DNA from: Nostoc sp. PCC 7120 = FACHB-418
Lineage (GTDB): Bacteria; Cyanobacteriota; Cyanobacteriia; Cyanobacteriales; Nostocaceae
DNA length: 32,000 nt
Direction of reading: 5' to 3'
Assembly: GCF_000009705.1 (NCBI RefSeq)
Contig: NC_003272.1
Coordinates: 60,001 to 92,000, forward strand
Positions 1-8,935 of this stretch are shown here, in pieces. Position numbers and translations under genes: made by a program. Under the pieces are notes generated by a model. It was not told where the DNA came from, ran no database searches, and saw only the letters and a list, made by a program, of their open reading frames with translations. Every line of letters starts with the position of its first letter. The stretch's first letter is position 1.

Positions 1-112
1 GGCGGGGCTTCTCTACGAGACGCTACGCGTAGCTTGCTTCCACGAAGTGGTACGCTCCGCGCAGAGGAGAAGGGCTTGTTACCCCTGCTCCCTGCCCCCT
101 TCCCCTCTGCCT
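1..112. repeat. GC-rich composite hairpin repeat (Nostocales small-dispersed-repeat type), possibly truncated by the window edge
   Basis: Contains nested inverted repeats, including the perfect palindrome gctacgcgtagc (22-33) and an outer cttctc...gagaag pairing. It shares the 12-mer gtagcttgcttc with the core of the element at 25353-25574 and cgcgtagc with 14037-14125. The trailing C-rich ccctgctccct motif recurs as its complement at about 17565-17584. Confidence 0.5.
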
Positions 113-167
113 CTTCGGTGATTACAGTGACTATGCTTTAGATTTCTAATTCATGCGGTGATTTGCT

Positions 168-1811
168 ATGCGGGATCTCAAACTTACTCCGCGTTGGTTG
201 AGGTTGTTTCTACTAATACTGTTGGTAACAGGTGTATTTTTCCGCTTTTTTCATCTCGACTACAAAATTTACTGGCACGATGAAGCCTATACATCTATAC
301 GGGCGGCGGGCTTCACACGCCAAGAAATAGACCAAGAAATTTTTCAAAATCACATCATACCAGCACCATATTTACTGAAGTTTCAGCGATTGAAACCAGG
401 AAGCACTGTAGTAGATACAATTAACTCACTAAAAATTGAAGACCCACATCATCCACCACTCTACTTCTTAATGGCTCGCTTTTGGATGCAGATGTTTGGC
501 AGTTCTCTCACTGCGTCGCGGACATTGCCTGCTTTACTAAGCTTGTTGGCGTTGCCATTAATGTATGCTTTGGGGTTGGAGTTATTTGCTTCTACTACAG
601 TGGCTTTGTTCGCAACAGTGCTGTTAGCTTTGTCTCCTTTTGATATTCTGTTTGCTCAGACAGCCAGACAGTATAGCTTACTAACAGTAGCAGTCATTGG
701 GAGCAATTTTTTATTATTACGGGCTTGGCGCTTACCTACTTGGCAAAACTGGAGTTTGTACACTTTCAGCAACATTATAGGCTGGTACACCCATCCTTTT
801 TTTGGTCTAACGGTAGTTGCTCAAGGAACTTATATATTTTTAGGGCGGACATTTCAGCAAGAAAATAGGCAATCGCCTAGAAAGAATGTCATATATTTTT
901 TAGTGGCGATCGCTAGCTCGCTTATTTTATATCTTCCTTGGTTAGTAGTACTAGTCACCAACCGTCAACGAGTGTTACAAACCACAAGTTGGACTGGAGA
1001 CAAAGTTGATATATGGTATTTGTTAAAACTATGGCTGGTTAGTTTTAGTTCTTTATTTTTTGACTTAGACTTTGGTTTTGACACTATCTGGAACGGTATC
1101 CGTTCTTCTCTACTGAAACTAGCCGTTATTATATTAATCACTGGGGCAACTTATTTAGTATGTCGCCAAACCGAAAGAGCAACCTGGTTATTTATTATTA
1201 CTACAATTCTCGTTCCTTTCCTCAGTTTAGCTTTGCCAGATTTACTATTAGGAGGCAGGCGCTCTACTGTCAGCCGTTACTTGATATCTTCCTATCCTGG
1301 TGTGCAACTTGCAGTTGCTTATTTATTAGGAACTAAAATTATTTACCAACGCTGGTTATGGCAAAGTCTGACTCTACTTATTTTCGCAGGTAGTATCGCA
1401 TCATCTACTGTCAGTGCTTCTGCACATACTTGGTGGAGCAAGGATTTAAGCTATCATAATTTTGAAATAATTAATCGGATTAATGGTATTTCCTCACCAG
1501 TGATAGTCAGTGATATTGGAGATGAATACACCAACACTGGCGATCTAATTGCCCAGAGTTATTCACTTCAGAATCATGTAAGATTACTGCTATTAACTCA
1601 GCCTACTAATTTGGAGAATGCTAATTTAAATCTTTTCCTTTCCCAAAATAATCAATTGTTGACATTTCGTCCATCACAGCAAATCTTGGGGGCTTTAAAG
1701 CAAAATGAAAACTATGTTTTCCCAGTGTTTGAGCCTGGAAGACTTTGGCAAATAAAAAATACTCCAGCTCAAGGAGTTAATTCAAAATCGACAAATATTC
1801 GGGGTAAATAA
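168..1811 (+). CDS. Polytopic membrane glycosyltransferase, GT39/ArnT-PMT_2-like (547 aa)
   Basis: ATG-initiated 547 aa ORF with many hydrophobic segments. The N-terminal loop motif YWHDEAYT (Asp-Glu after TM1) is typical of the ArnT / dolichyl-phosphate-mannose mannosyltransferase-like GT-C family. The C-terminal soluble part is about 130 aa. Confidence 0.75.
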   Translation: MRDLKLTPRWLRLFLLILLVTGVFFRFFHLDYKIYWHDEAYTSIRAAGFTRQEIDQEIFQNHIIPAPYLLKFQRLKPGSTVVDTINSLKIEDPHHPPLYFLMARFWMQMFGSSLTASRTLPALLSLLALPLMYALGLELFASTTVALFATVLLALSPFDILFAQTARQYSLLTVAVIGSNFLLLRAWRLPTWQNWSLYTFSNIIGWYTHPFFGLTVVAQGTYIFLGRTFQQENRQSPRKNVIYFLVAIASSLILYLPWLVVLVTNRQRVLQTTSWTGDKVDIWYLLKLWLVSFSSLFFDLDFGFDTIWNGIRSSLLKLAVIILITGATYLVCRQTERATWLFIITTILVPFLSLALPDLLLGGRRSTVSRYLISSYPGVQLAVAYLLGTKIIYQRWLWQSLTLLIFAGSIASSTVSASAHTWWSKDLSYHNFEIINRINGISSPVIVSDIGDEYTNTGDLIAQSYSLQNHVRLLLLTQPTNLENANLNLFLSQNNQLLTFRPSQQILGALKQNENYVFPVFEPGRLWQIKNTPAQGVNSKSTNIRGK

Positions 1812-1835
1812 GCTTATAAATTGGCAGTTAAAGTT

Positions 1836-2198
1836 ATGACTGAAGAATCTCTGAACATCACCGGTTTTCATGCTCACGTTTACTTTGATAGCGCTAGTTT
1901 TCCTACAGCTATGAGTATCCGTGAAGAATTAGGTAATAGATTCAATGTACAGCTTGGGCGATCGCATGAAAAACCCATTGGCCCCCACCCTAAATCCATG
2001 TACCAAGTTGCATTCCCATCAACAGAATTCGCTCAAATTGTCCCCTGGTTAATGCTTCACCGTCAGGGATTAGATATTCTCGTCCATCCCTTGACAGGGG
2101 ATGATGTCAGCGACCATACCCATTTTGCCTTGTGGTTGGGAGAAAAGTTAGAACTCAATATTGATTCACTCAGGAAAGTCATACCAGCTAATAACTAA
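1836..2198 (+). CDS. DOPA 4,5-dioxygenase family protein (DOPA_dioxygen / fungal DodA-type small extradiol dioxygenase family)
   Basis: The motifs FHAHVYFD, KPIGPHPKSMYQVAF and LDILVHPLTGDDVSDHTHFALWLG match the family pattern as I remember it. The ORF track starts at TTG 1821; I prefer the in-frame ATG at 1836. It lies 9-24 nt downstream of the GT39-like gene, so co-transcription is likely. Confidence 0.8.
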   Translation: MTEESLNITGFHAHVYFDSASFPTAMSIREELGNRFNVQLGRSHEKPIGPHPKSMYQVAFPSTEFAQIVPWLMLHRQGLDILVHPLTGDDVSDHTHFALWLGEKLELNIDSLRKVIPANN

Positions 2199-2393
2199 AC
2201 TGATGCACATCTAATTGATGATACTCAAAGCATTAATTTTTGCTTTAGTTATATTCACAGGTAAAAAACCCCTAAAATCTATAACTGGTAAGCATAATAG
2301 ACATTTTCAGCTAGCCCTTAGTGAACATCGCCTGTTCAAACACCAAGCTAATATGTATGTGAAAAATATCCGGCATACAGCCTGAGGTTTGGC

Positions 2394-3419
2394 ATGAAAG
2401 TAGCAGTCTTCAGTACAAAAGCCTATGATCGGCAGTTTTTAGAAGCTGCAAATGCTCCAAAGCATCATGAGTTGGCATTCTTTGAACCCCGTCTCAATCA
2501 AGATACCGCCATTTTAGCCGCCGGATTTCCGGCGGTTTGCGTATTTGTACATGATCAAGTTGATGCAGCTACTTTAGAAATTCTTGCTTCACGAGGAACT
2601 CGCTTGATTGTCCTCCGTTGTGCAGGTTTCAATAATGTAGACTTAAAAGCTGCTAATAAGTTAGGCGTTACTGTAGTGCGTGTTCCCGCCTATTCACCCT
2701 ATGGGGTAGCCGAACACGCAGTGGGTTTGATTTTGAGCCTCAATCGCAAAATTCACCGTGCTTATAACCGCGTCCGCGAAGGTAATTTCGCTTTAGATGG
2801 ACTTTTAGGCTTTAACATCAATGGACGCACGGTGGGAATTATCGGTACTGGCAAAATCGGGTTGATTTTGGGACAAATTATGAAAGGGTTTGGCTGTCGC
2901 CTACTCGCCTATGATGTTTACCGCAACCCAGAGATGGAATCATTAGGCGGCGAATATGTAGAATTACCAGAACTATTTGCCAATTCTGATATTATTTCTC
3001 TCCATTGTCCCCTGATGCCCCAAACTCATCACTTAATCAACGCGGAAGCAATAGAGCAGGTAAAACCAGGGGTAATGTTAATCAATACCAGCAGAGGTGC
3101 GCTTATTCATACCCAAGCTGTAATTGAAGGACTCAAGACTGGCAAAATCGGTTCTTTGGGTGTAGATGTTTATGAGCAGGAATCAGAATTGTTTTTTGAG
3201 GATTTATCAGGGGAAATCATTCAAGATGATATCTTCCAAAGACTGACAACATTTCCTAATGTACTTATCACAGGACACCAAGCATTTTTTACAGAAGACG
3301 CTTTACGCAACATAGCAGAGACAACCTTAAACAACATTGCTGATATTGAGCAAGGTCGTTCTTGTCCCAATGAAATCCGTTATCAACCAGAAGTAGAAGC
3401 TAAGGTTTTAGTTAGTTGA
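2394..3419 (+). CDS. ldhA: D-lactate dehydrogenase / D-isomer-specific 2-hydroxyacid dehydrogenase
   Basis: Collinear by eye with E. coli LdhA along its whole length: [44 protein letters not shown]-binding [40 protein letters not shown]. Confidence 0.92.
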   Translation: MKVAVFSTKAYDRQFLEAANAPKHHELAFFEPRLNQDTAILAAGFPAVCVFVHDQVDAATLEILASRGTRLIVLRCAGFNNVDLKAANKLGVTVVRVPAYSPYGVAEHAVGLILSLNRKIHRAYNRVREGNFALDGLLGFNINGRTVGIIGTGKIGLILGQIMKGFGCRLLAYDVYRNPEMESLGGEYVELPELFANSDIISLHCPLMPQTHHLINAEAIEQVKPGVMLINTSRGALIHTQAVIEGLKTGKIGSLGVDVYEQESELFFEDLSGEIIQDDIFQRLTTFPNVLITGHQAFFTEDALRNIAETTLNNIADIEQGRSCPNEIRYQPEVEAKVLVS

Positions 3420-3420
3420 G

Positions 3421-3510
3421 TATAGGGGTGTGGGGGTTTAGGGGTAGAAATTTTGAAAACCCTTACACTCTTACACCCTTATCCCCCTACACCCTTACAC
3501 CCTTACACCT
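3421..3510. terminator. G-rich/C-rich inverted repeat built of short tandem units, lying between the convergent ldhA and wzc-like genes (probable bidirectional terminator / STRR-like repeat)
   Basis: The left arm aggggtgtgggggtttaggggtag is complementary in character to the right arm, which is made of repeated cccttaca/ccctaca units (cccttacactcttacacccttatccccctacacccttacacccttacacc). It sits between two convergent stop codons. Confidence 0.55.
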
Positions 3511-3554
3511 AGTCTCAACAGACAACTTGGGTGCGTAAGTTTTCATCAAATATT

Positions 3555-5738
3555 TCAACCCTTGTGATAGCTGCTCATATCATTAGCGATAATGCCAACT
3601 AAGTTTAAGCTATTTAAAATCTCCACAGCTTGAGTTAGTTCAGTTTGTGTTACCCAACCAATACGCCCTACCATCATAATTCCATGACAGTAGGAGGCAA
3701 CTATTCTGCCATCGACTGTGCCTAAAATGGGTGGAGCATCTATCAATACTAAGTCGTAGGTTTCCTCAAATAATTCAATTAAATCTTTCAATCGCTGAGA
3801 ACTGAGCAATTCTACCGCGTCTTCTGGTGTTGGCCCCGCAGTCAAAATATCAATAGAAGGGTGAATTGGCTGGATATAATCTTGAACTTCGGTGTTTGTC
3901 TCATCAAGAAGTAGTAAAGATAATCCCCAGTCGTTTGATAGTTGGAGGATTTTGTGGAGTTTAGGCGATCGCAAGTTAGCATCAATTAGTAGCACTCGTC
4001 TGTGCATATGAGCCGCACTAGCAGCTAACCCCATCGCTAAAGTTGTCCTTCCTTCTCCTGGTAACGCTGAAGTTACCATCATGGACTTAAAAGGGAAAGG
4101 ATACTTCAATATTTGTGTGTTTTGGTAAACCATATCTAAGGTTTCATGGCAAGGTAACCAAGAATTACCTACTTCCTCAGACTCGGTTAAGTTGCGTCCC
4201 CCAAGCCAAGATAAATTGGGAAGGCGTTTTTCCATCGTCCGGGGTGCTAACTTCGGTACTGTTCCCAGTAATCTTAGGTTGCTCACCTTCTGCAAATCTT
4301 GTGCAGAATGAATAATCCGATGACGCATTCCCCAAATCAACGCCAAGACAACACCCAAAATCGGGCCAGTAATCATACCGACAAATACTAACCAGAACCT
4401 ATCATTACCAACATAAGTTCCCAAATTTGCTTCTTCTAATACCAACCAATCAAAACCTCCATGAGCAATTTTCATTCCCATTGACTGTTGTGCTTGCAAC
4501 ATTTGCTCAAGTGTTTTGCGTTGCGTTTCTACTTCTGGTAAAAGACGTTGATATTCTGCTATCAAACTAGGATATTTACTCAATTCAGAACGGATACGTT
4601 GTTCTGATTCTCTGAGGCTCTTTTCATTAGCAATTAATCCTAAAGCAGTCGTCTGTACTTGAACAAATTCTTCCACTAAATTTGGATCAACTCCAACCAG
4701 TTGTTCTGGTTCTGGAGTTGTTTGTGTTTTCAGTTCCGCCGTTAACCGTTTTAACTCTTGCCGTACTAAAGTTAATTGACTGCGACGTTGCTGCTTGAGA
4801 CTCTGCACAATAGGGGAGTCATCTGTATAACGTAGCTGCTCTTTAGCCAGAGATTGTTCAGTCTTTTGTAATTCACTTGTCAGTGTTTTATAACGACTTG
4901 ATTGAGCCAAACGCATTGAGACCAGTGCTTTTTGGCTAGCCTCCGTGATTCTTTCTTCTAAGTTTTGATAGCGGGAATTGATATCTTGTAGTTGGGTGCG
5001 GGTTAATTGTAACTGTTCTTGAGTTTTAGTCAAAGATTTTATTAAAACTTGACTTTGTAATTCTGGATCTAGTAAATTGTGCTTTTTACGGAACTGTTCT
5101 AATTTTCTTTCGGCTTGTCTCAACTGTTGTTTAATTACTGGTAAACGAGCATTAATAAATGCTAATCCTTGATTAAATCGCTCTTGTCTTCGCTCTAGAT
5201 TGTAATCCTGATAGACCTTTTGTAAAGCTAGAAGTACTTTTTTAGTTTTCAATGGGTCGTTATCTTGAAAAGAAATTTCAAATACAGGGCTAAGAACTTG
5301 CTTTGCTCCTTTATTAGTCTCTAGCTGAGTTACTTTTAAGGGAGAATTTTCGCTATTCTCTGTTTTACCTAAAATATTTTCTTTAGTAATATTGGGATAG
5401 TCAAAACTTAGTAGATTTACCACCTTATCTATTAATTTAGAACTCTGCATCAAGTTCTTCTGCACAGAGTATTGTTCAATACTTATGGGAATATCTATAT
5501 TATTATTTGTTATACCTACTTCTTCAGATACATTAGGGCTTACTAATATTTGCATCTGGCTTTTGTAAGTGGGTTTGTTTGTTATGGCTGTAAAGCTAGT
5601 AGCTGATATCACCATACAAGAAACACCCAACACTATAAAACGTCGTCTTAGAAGAATTTTAGTAAGATTTCTAAATTTCCATTTATTTGGCAAAGAATTG
5701 GTAACAAATTGTCCTTGCTTTAAACTGATGTTAGCCAC
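3555..5738 (-). CDS. Wzc/GumC-type polysaccharide co-polymerase with a C-terminal BY-kinase-like P-loop domain (motifs degenerate)
   Basis: 727 aa with a GTG start. TM1 is FIVLGVSCMVISATSF, followed by a long coiled-coil-rich periplasmic region and TM2 FWLVFVGMITGPILGVVLALIWG. The cytoplasmic domain has Walker A-like PGEGRTT, Walker A'-like LLIDANLRSP and Walker B LVLIDAPP. See the findings for the substitutions. Confidence 0.85.
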   Translation of the reverse strand: MANISLKQGQFVTNSLPNKWKFRNLTKILLRRRFIVLGVSCMVISATSFTAITNKPTYKSQMQILVSPNVSEEVGITNNNIDIPISIEQYSVQKNLMQSSKLIDKVVNLLSFDYPNITKENILGKTENSENSPLKVTQLETNKGAKQVLSPVFEISFQDNDPLKTKKVLLALQKVYQDYNLERRQERFNQGLAFINARLPVIKQQLRQAERKLEQFRKKHNLLDPELQSQVLIKSLTKTQEQLQLTRTQLQDINSRYQNLEERITEASQKALVSMRLAQSSRYKTLTSELQKTEQSLAKEQLRYTDDSPIVQSLKQQRRSQLTLVRQELKRLTAELKTQTTPEPEQLVGVDPNLVEEFVQVQTTALGLIANEKSLRESEQRIRSELSKYPSLIAEYQRLLPEVETQRKTLEQMLQAQQSMGMKIAHGGFDWLVLEEANLGTYVGNDRFWLVFVGMITGPILGVVLALIWGMRHRIIHSAQDLQKVSNLRLLGTVPKLAPRTMEKRLPNLSWLGGRNLTESEEVGNSWLPCHETLDMVYQNTQILKYPFPFKSMMVTSALPGEGRTTLAMGLAASAAHMHRRVLLIDANLRSPKLHKILQLSNDWGLSLLLLDETNTEVQDYIQPIHPSIDILTAGPTPEDAVELLSSQRLKDLIELFEETYDLVLIDAPPILGTVDGRIVASYCHGIMMVGRIGWVTQTELTQAVEILNSLNLVGIIANDMSSYHKG

Positions 5739-6497
5739 TATACAATCCCTCGGATATCGGTCAGTTTCTAGAAAAAATAAATATTTTTAATTAAATACTC
5801 TCTTAAACATAATCTTTCCATTAAAAGTTATATTACGGACACATATATACTTGATTTAATTACAACTATTACTTGTATAAAAACTGAAGTTATTGATTAC
5901 ATAGTTAATGAATAACAAGCACATTGAGCTTAAAACAAGAGTGTTTGTAGTGTCAACTTCTCTGATATTTTTTCACGATATCCTTATTAATATGTTAGAA
6001 GTAATATTCAGGTTCTTCTTTAAAGGAAGAGGTTGTTATAAATAACGCTACCAATTCATCAGTAGACAGTTTATTTTTTATATGGCAGGATATTTAAAAT
6101 ACAAAAATATTTAATTCACTTGATTGTAATTAAGTGACTTGTATTACTTGTACATATTAGTATGTAAGGCGATATCTTGAATATTTGTATAGCTTTTAGG
6201 GATAGTGTATGTGTAGGCGATCGCTAAAATAATTACAATTAAATATTGCATTATTTATTTAACTAAACATCATAGTAAATCTGATATTCTCGAAAAAAAT
6301 ATACATGAACAAATAATTAAATTTTCCCAAGGTATAGGTTGATTCACTGTTAACAGTAATTTCTAGGTTAAAAATAATGAATATTATCTGATTTACAACT
6401 AAATTTTGAATATGAAATTTAAAGCTTACTTGAAATTCCCTGATTATTTCCTGGCGACAAGAGAAACTGATGGTAGATGAAAAAAATTTATTATGAT

Positions 6498-6523
6498 AAA
6501 AAAAAGACGCGATTGCTCGCGTC
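6498..6523 (-). terminator. Rho-independent terminator of the DUF427 gene
   Basis: The minus strand reads gacgcg-agcaat-cgcgtc followed by an 8-nt T run. It begins about 33 nt after the stop codon of the 6556-6843 CDS. Confidence 0.8.
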
Positions 6524-6555
6524 TCCACAAAGTTTAGTTGTTAGGCTGATGATGC

Positions 6556-6843
6556 TTATTTAGTCTCAACCTTTACACCTTTCCAAAAGGCTACGTAACC
6601 TTCAATATTCTTTGCTTTTTCTTTGGCGCTGGGATAGTACCAAGCAGCATCTTTGTTAACTTGTCCATCAACTTCGATGCTGTAGTAACTGGCAACACCT
6701 TTCCACGGACAAGTGGTGTGAGTTTCACTTGCTTGAAAATATTGCTTGTTAATTGCGTCAGCCGGAAAATAATGGTTACCTTCCACGACTACGGTGTTAT
6801 CGCTCTCGGCTAACACAGCTCCATTCCAGATGGCTTTTGGCAT
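6556..6843 (-). CDS. DUF427 domain protein (95 aa)
   Basis: The pattern MPKAIWNGAVLAESDNTVVVEGNHYFP...CPWKGVASYYSIEVDGQVNKDAAWYY is the characteristic DUF427 pattern. ATG start, with a clean terminator downstream. Confidence 0.85.
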   Translation of the reverse strand: MPKAIWNGAVLAESDNTVVVEGNHYFPADAINKQYFQASETHTTCPWKGVASYYSIEVDGQVNKDAAWYYPSAKEKAKNIEGYVAFWKGVKVETK

Positions 6844-7153
6844 AAGTGTGTTTGTGATGAAAGTTTACATTTAACATTCTGACATTTTATGCTTCCAGTA
6901 TTTGAGGAAAACTATGTGTAAAAATCGGGGTATTTTCTCAATATACTGAGATTTATACTGGATTTATGGTGAATGTAATACTTGCCAGTGGTCTATCGCA
7001 TTAATTTTACAGGCAACAATTCGGGGATATGACTATCACTAACAACTCAGGGGAAATGCTAAAATACTCTATCAATTTATTGCTTAATAATAGAAAATAT
7101 TAAGTTGTTCCTATATAAATCAATATATTAATTAATTCATTAATGCCGATATT

Positions 7154-7987
7154 TTAATATGATGTAATGAGCAATTCTTTAACTAAACCTCGTTTTTTTA
7201 TATTAGAATTAATTGACCTTTTAGCTTCAATAAAATAAATATTGAACCCTATTTCTTGATATATATTTTTAATAAATTCACAATCAGAATTGCATACAAC
7301 TACTTTAACACCACGGCTAGCCAATTCTACACAAGTATTTCTTAAAATTAACTGGTCTTTTTCCCCAAAAGAATTTTTACTATAACCTGTAAAATAGCTA
7401 GTACTACTAATAGGATAATACGGCGGATCGAAAAAAACGAAATCCTCGCTACCAGTAGCGTAATCCAACACCTGTGTAAAATCAGCTTGTTTGATTTCTG
7501 AGGTGGCAAGCACATTGGAAGCGGCTCTGAGTAAATCTTCTTGACAAATATTAGGATTATTATATTTACCTAAAGGAACGTTAAATCGACCTTGGGAATT
7601 TACCCGATAAAGACCGTTATAACAAGTTTTATTGAGATAAATAAATCGTGCAGCTTCTTCTAACTCATTATCAACAGTTTTTCCTCGGACACTATAATAA
7701 TAATCTCTATTATGTTGGCTTTTATGATCTTTTAAAAGGCCAATTAATTCCTCGATGCAGTCGCGGACACAACGATAAGTAGTAATTAGCTCAGAATTAA
7801 TATCAGTTAAAATAGATTTGCTCGGTTGGAGATAGAAAAATAAAGCACCACCTCCCAAAAACGGCTCATGGTAAGTCCGATAATTCTTGGGTAAATGTGA
7901 CAGATATTGTGGAATTAACCTACTTTTACCCCCAGCCCACTTTAAAAATGGACGTGGGCAAGTTTCTTTAGGGATTTGGCTTACCAT
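7154..7987 (-). CDS. dam: Dam-family (D12 class, alpha-group) N6-adenine DNA methyltransferase, probably GATC-specific, solitary
   Basis: FLKWAGGK near the N-terminus, the AdoMet motif EPFLGGGALFF, then the catalytic DPPY. This order is the Dam/DpnIIA/MboIA arrangement. There is no adjacent endonuclease-sized ORF on either side. The gene is visibly more AT-rich than its neighbours. Confidence 0.88.
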   Translation of the reverse strand: MVSQIPKETCPRPFLKWAGGKSRLIPQYLSHLPKNYRTYHEPFLGGGALFFYLQPSKSILTDINSELITTYRCVRDCIEELIGLLKDHKSQHNRDYYYSVRGKTVDNELEEAARFIYLNKTCYNGLYRVNSQGRFNVPLGKYNNPNICQEDLLRAASNVLATSEIKQADFTQVLDYATGSEDFVFFDPPYYPISSTSYFTGYSKNSFGEKDQLILRNTCVELASRGVKVVVCNSDCEFIKNIYQEIGFNIYFIEAKRSINSNIKKRGLVKELLITSY

Positions 7988-8147
7988 AGGGCTGGAACTA
8001 CGCTATAGGCTATTAAATATAGCAAATATAACCAACGAACCATATTTTATATTGATCGAGTATTTTTCTAGCGTCATATATTACAATTATGTTGATAAAG
8101 TAAATCAAAATGAACGTTAAGTATATAAGAAGGCAGTTTCAATTAAA

Positions 8148-8354
8148 ATGTTTGATGGATTTTGGGATAACGTTTTTCGCTACCCCCGTTACTTGATCAC
8201 TATTGTATTAGGTATTTTCCTAAACACTTTCGAGCCACTATTCCCTCTGTTAAAACGCCCCGTTACTTTAATCGCCATTTTGGGTTTATTGGTAGGCGGG
8301 CTAGCGTTCATGACTTTTACATTAAGAGCCATGCTTGGCTTCGGTACAATCTAG
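8148..8354 (+). CDS. Small two-TM membrane protein, DUF751/Ycf33-like
   Basis: 68 aa, ATG start, two hydrophobic helices. The N-terminal FWDNVFRYPRY pattern resembles the cyanobacterial/plastid Ycf33 (DUF751) family as I recall it. Confidence 0.6.
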   Translation: MFDGFWDNVFRYPRYLITIVLGIFLNTFEPLFPLLKRPVTLIAILGLLVGGLAFMTFTLRAMLGFGTI

Positions 8355-8533
8355 AATAGGTCAGACCAAACCGAAGAGAGTGATTCAGTCCACAAAATCA
8401 ACGAAAAGCCTAATAAATAAGGTTTGTAGATTTTGTAGGCGGATTTTTCTTGAGGGTGTTCCCCATAGTTTTGCTGTCCTATCTAACTGAAATTTATGTT
8501 GTTGTCCAACCTCTGTGAGGAGGGAAAGTTTTT

Positions 8534-8935
8534 ATGGCTACAAATCGCCGCGTCTCCCGTGTTGCTGAATTGATCAAACGGGAAGTTAGCCAAATGCTAA
8601 TTAACGGTATTAAAGATGATCGTGTGGGTACAGGCATGGTCAGTGTCACAGATGTAGATGTTTCTGGGGATCTGCAACACGCCAAAATCTACGTCAGTAT
8701 ATATGGTACAGAAGAAGCTAAAGCAGAAACAATGGCGGGGTTGAAATCAGCCACTGGTTTTGTCCGTAGTGAACTAGGGGCAAGGGTAAGGTTACGTCGT
8801 ACTCCCGAAGTGACTTTCATCGAAGATCGTTCAATAGAACGCGGAACAAAAGTACTAACTTTGTTGAACAAACTTGAGAATGCGCGATCACCTGATGATA
8901 TACCATCAGCAGATGACTCTTTAGACGAAGATTAG
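8534..8935 (+). CDS. rbfA: Ribosome-binding factor A
   Basis: [22 protein letters not shown]...[20 protein letters not shown]...[14 protein letters not shown] is the canonical RbfA pattern, with an acidic C-terminal tail. Confidence 0.92.
   Translation: MATNRRVSRVAELIKREVSQMLINGIKDDRVGTGMVSVTDVDVSGDLQHAKIYVSIYGTEEAKAETMAGLKSATGFVRSELGARVRLRRTPEVTFIEDRSIERGTKVLTLLNKLENARSPDDIPSADDSLDED

Noticed and set aside
4115-5790. Plus-strand ORFs (66 and 73 aa) antisense to or overlapping the wzc-like gene
   Set aside because: They are shadow ORFs inside or at the edge of a 727 aa gene with a clear domain architecture.
6140-6156. An NtcA-like site, tgtattacttgtaca
   Set aside because: The spacing is GTA-N7-TAC, not the required GTA-N8-TAC. 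It also lies in very AT-rich DNA, where such near-matches arise easily.
6259-6528. An 89 aa minus-strand ORF in the AT-rich spacer
   Set aside because: It is Phe/Ile/Asn-rich low-complexity sequence, as expected from AT-rich DNA. Its 5' end overlaps the terminator hairpin of the DUF427 gene. There is no plausible ribosome-binding context.
7887-8120. A 77 aa plus-strand ORF overlapping the dam 5' end
   Set aside because: It overlaps the methyltransferase start by about 100 nt on the opposite strand and continues into an AT-rich spacer. The sequence is low-complexity.
6844-8147. A restriction endonuclease partner for the Dam-type methyltransferase
   Set aside because: No ORF of 60 aa or more other than a shadow ORF exists in either flank, so I treat the gene as an orphan methyltransferase. 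Only a tblastn search for decayed remnants could change this.
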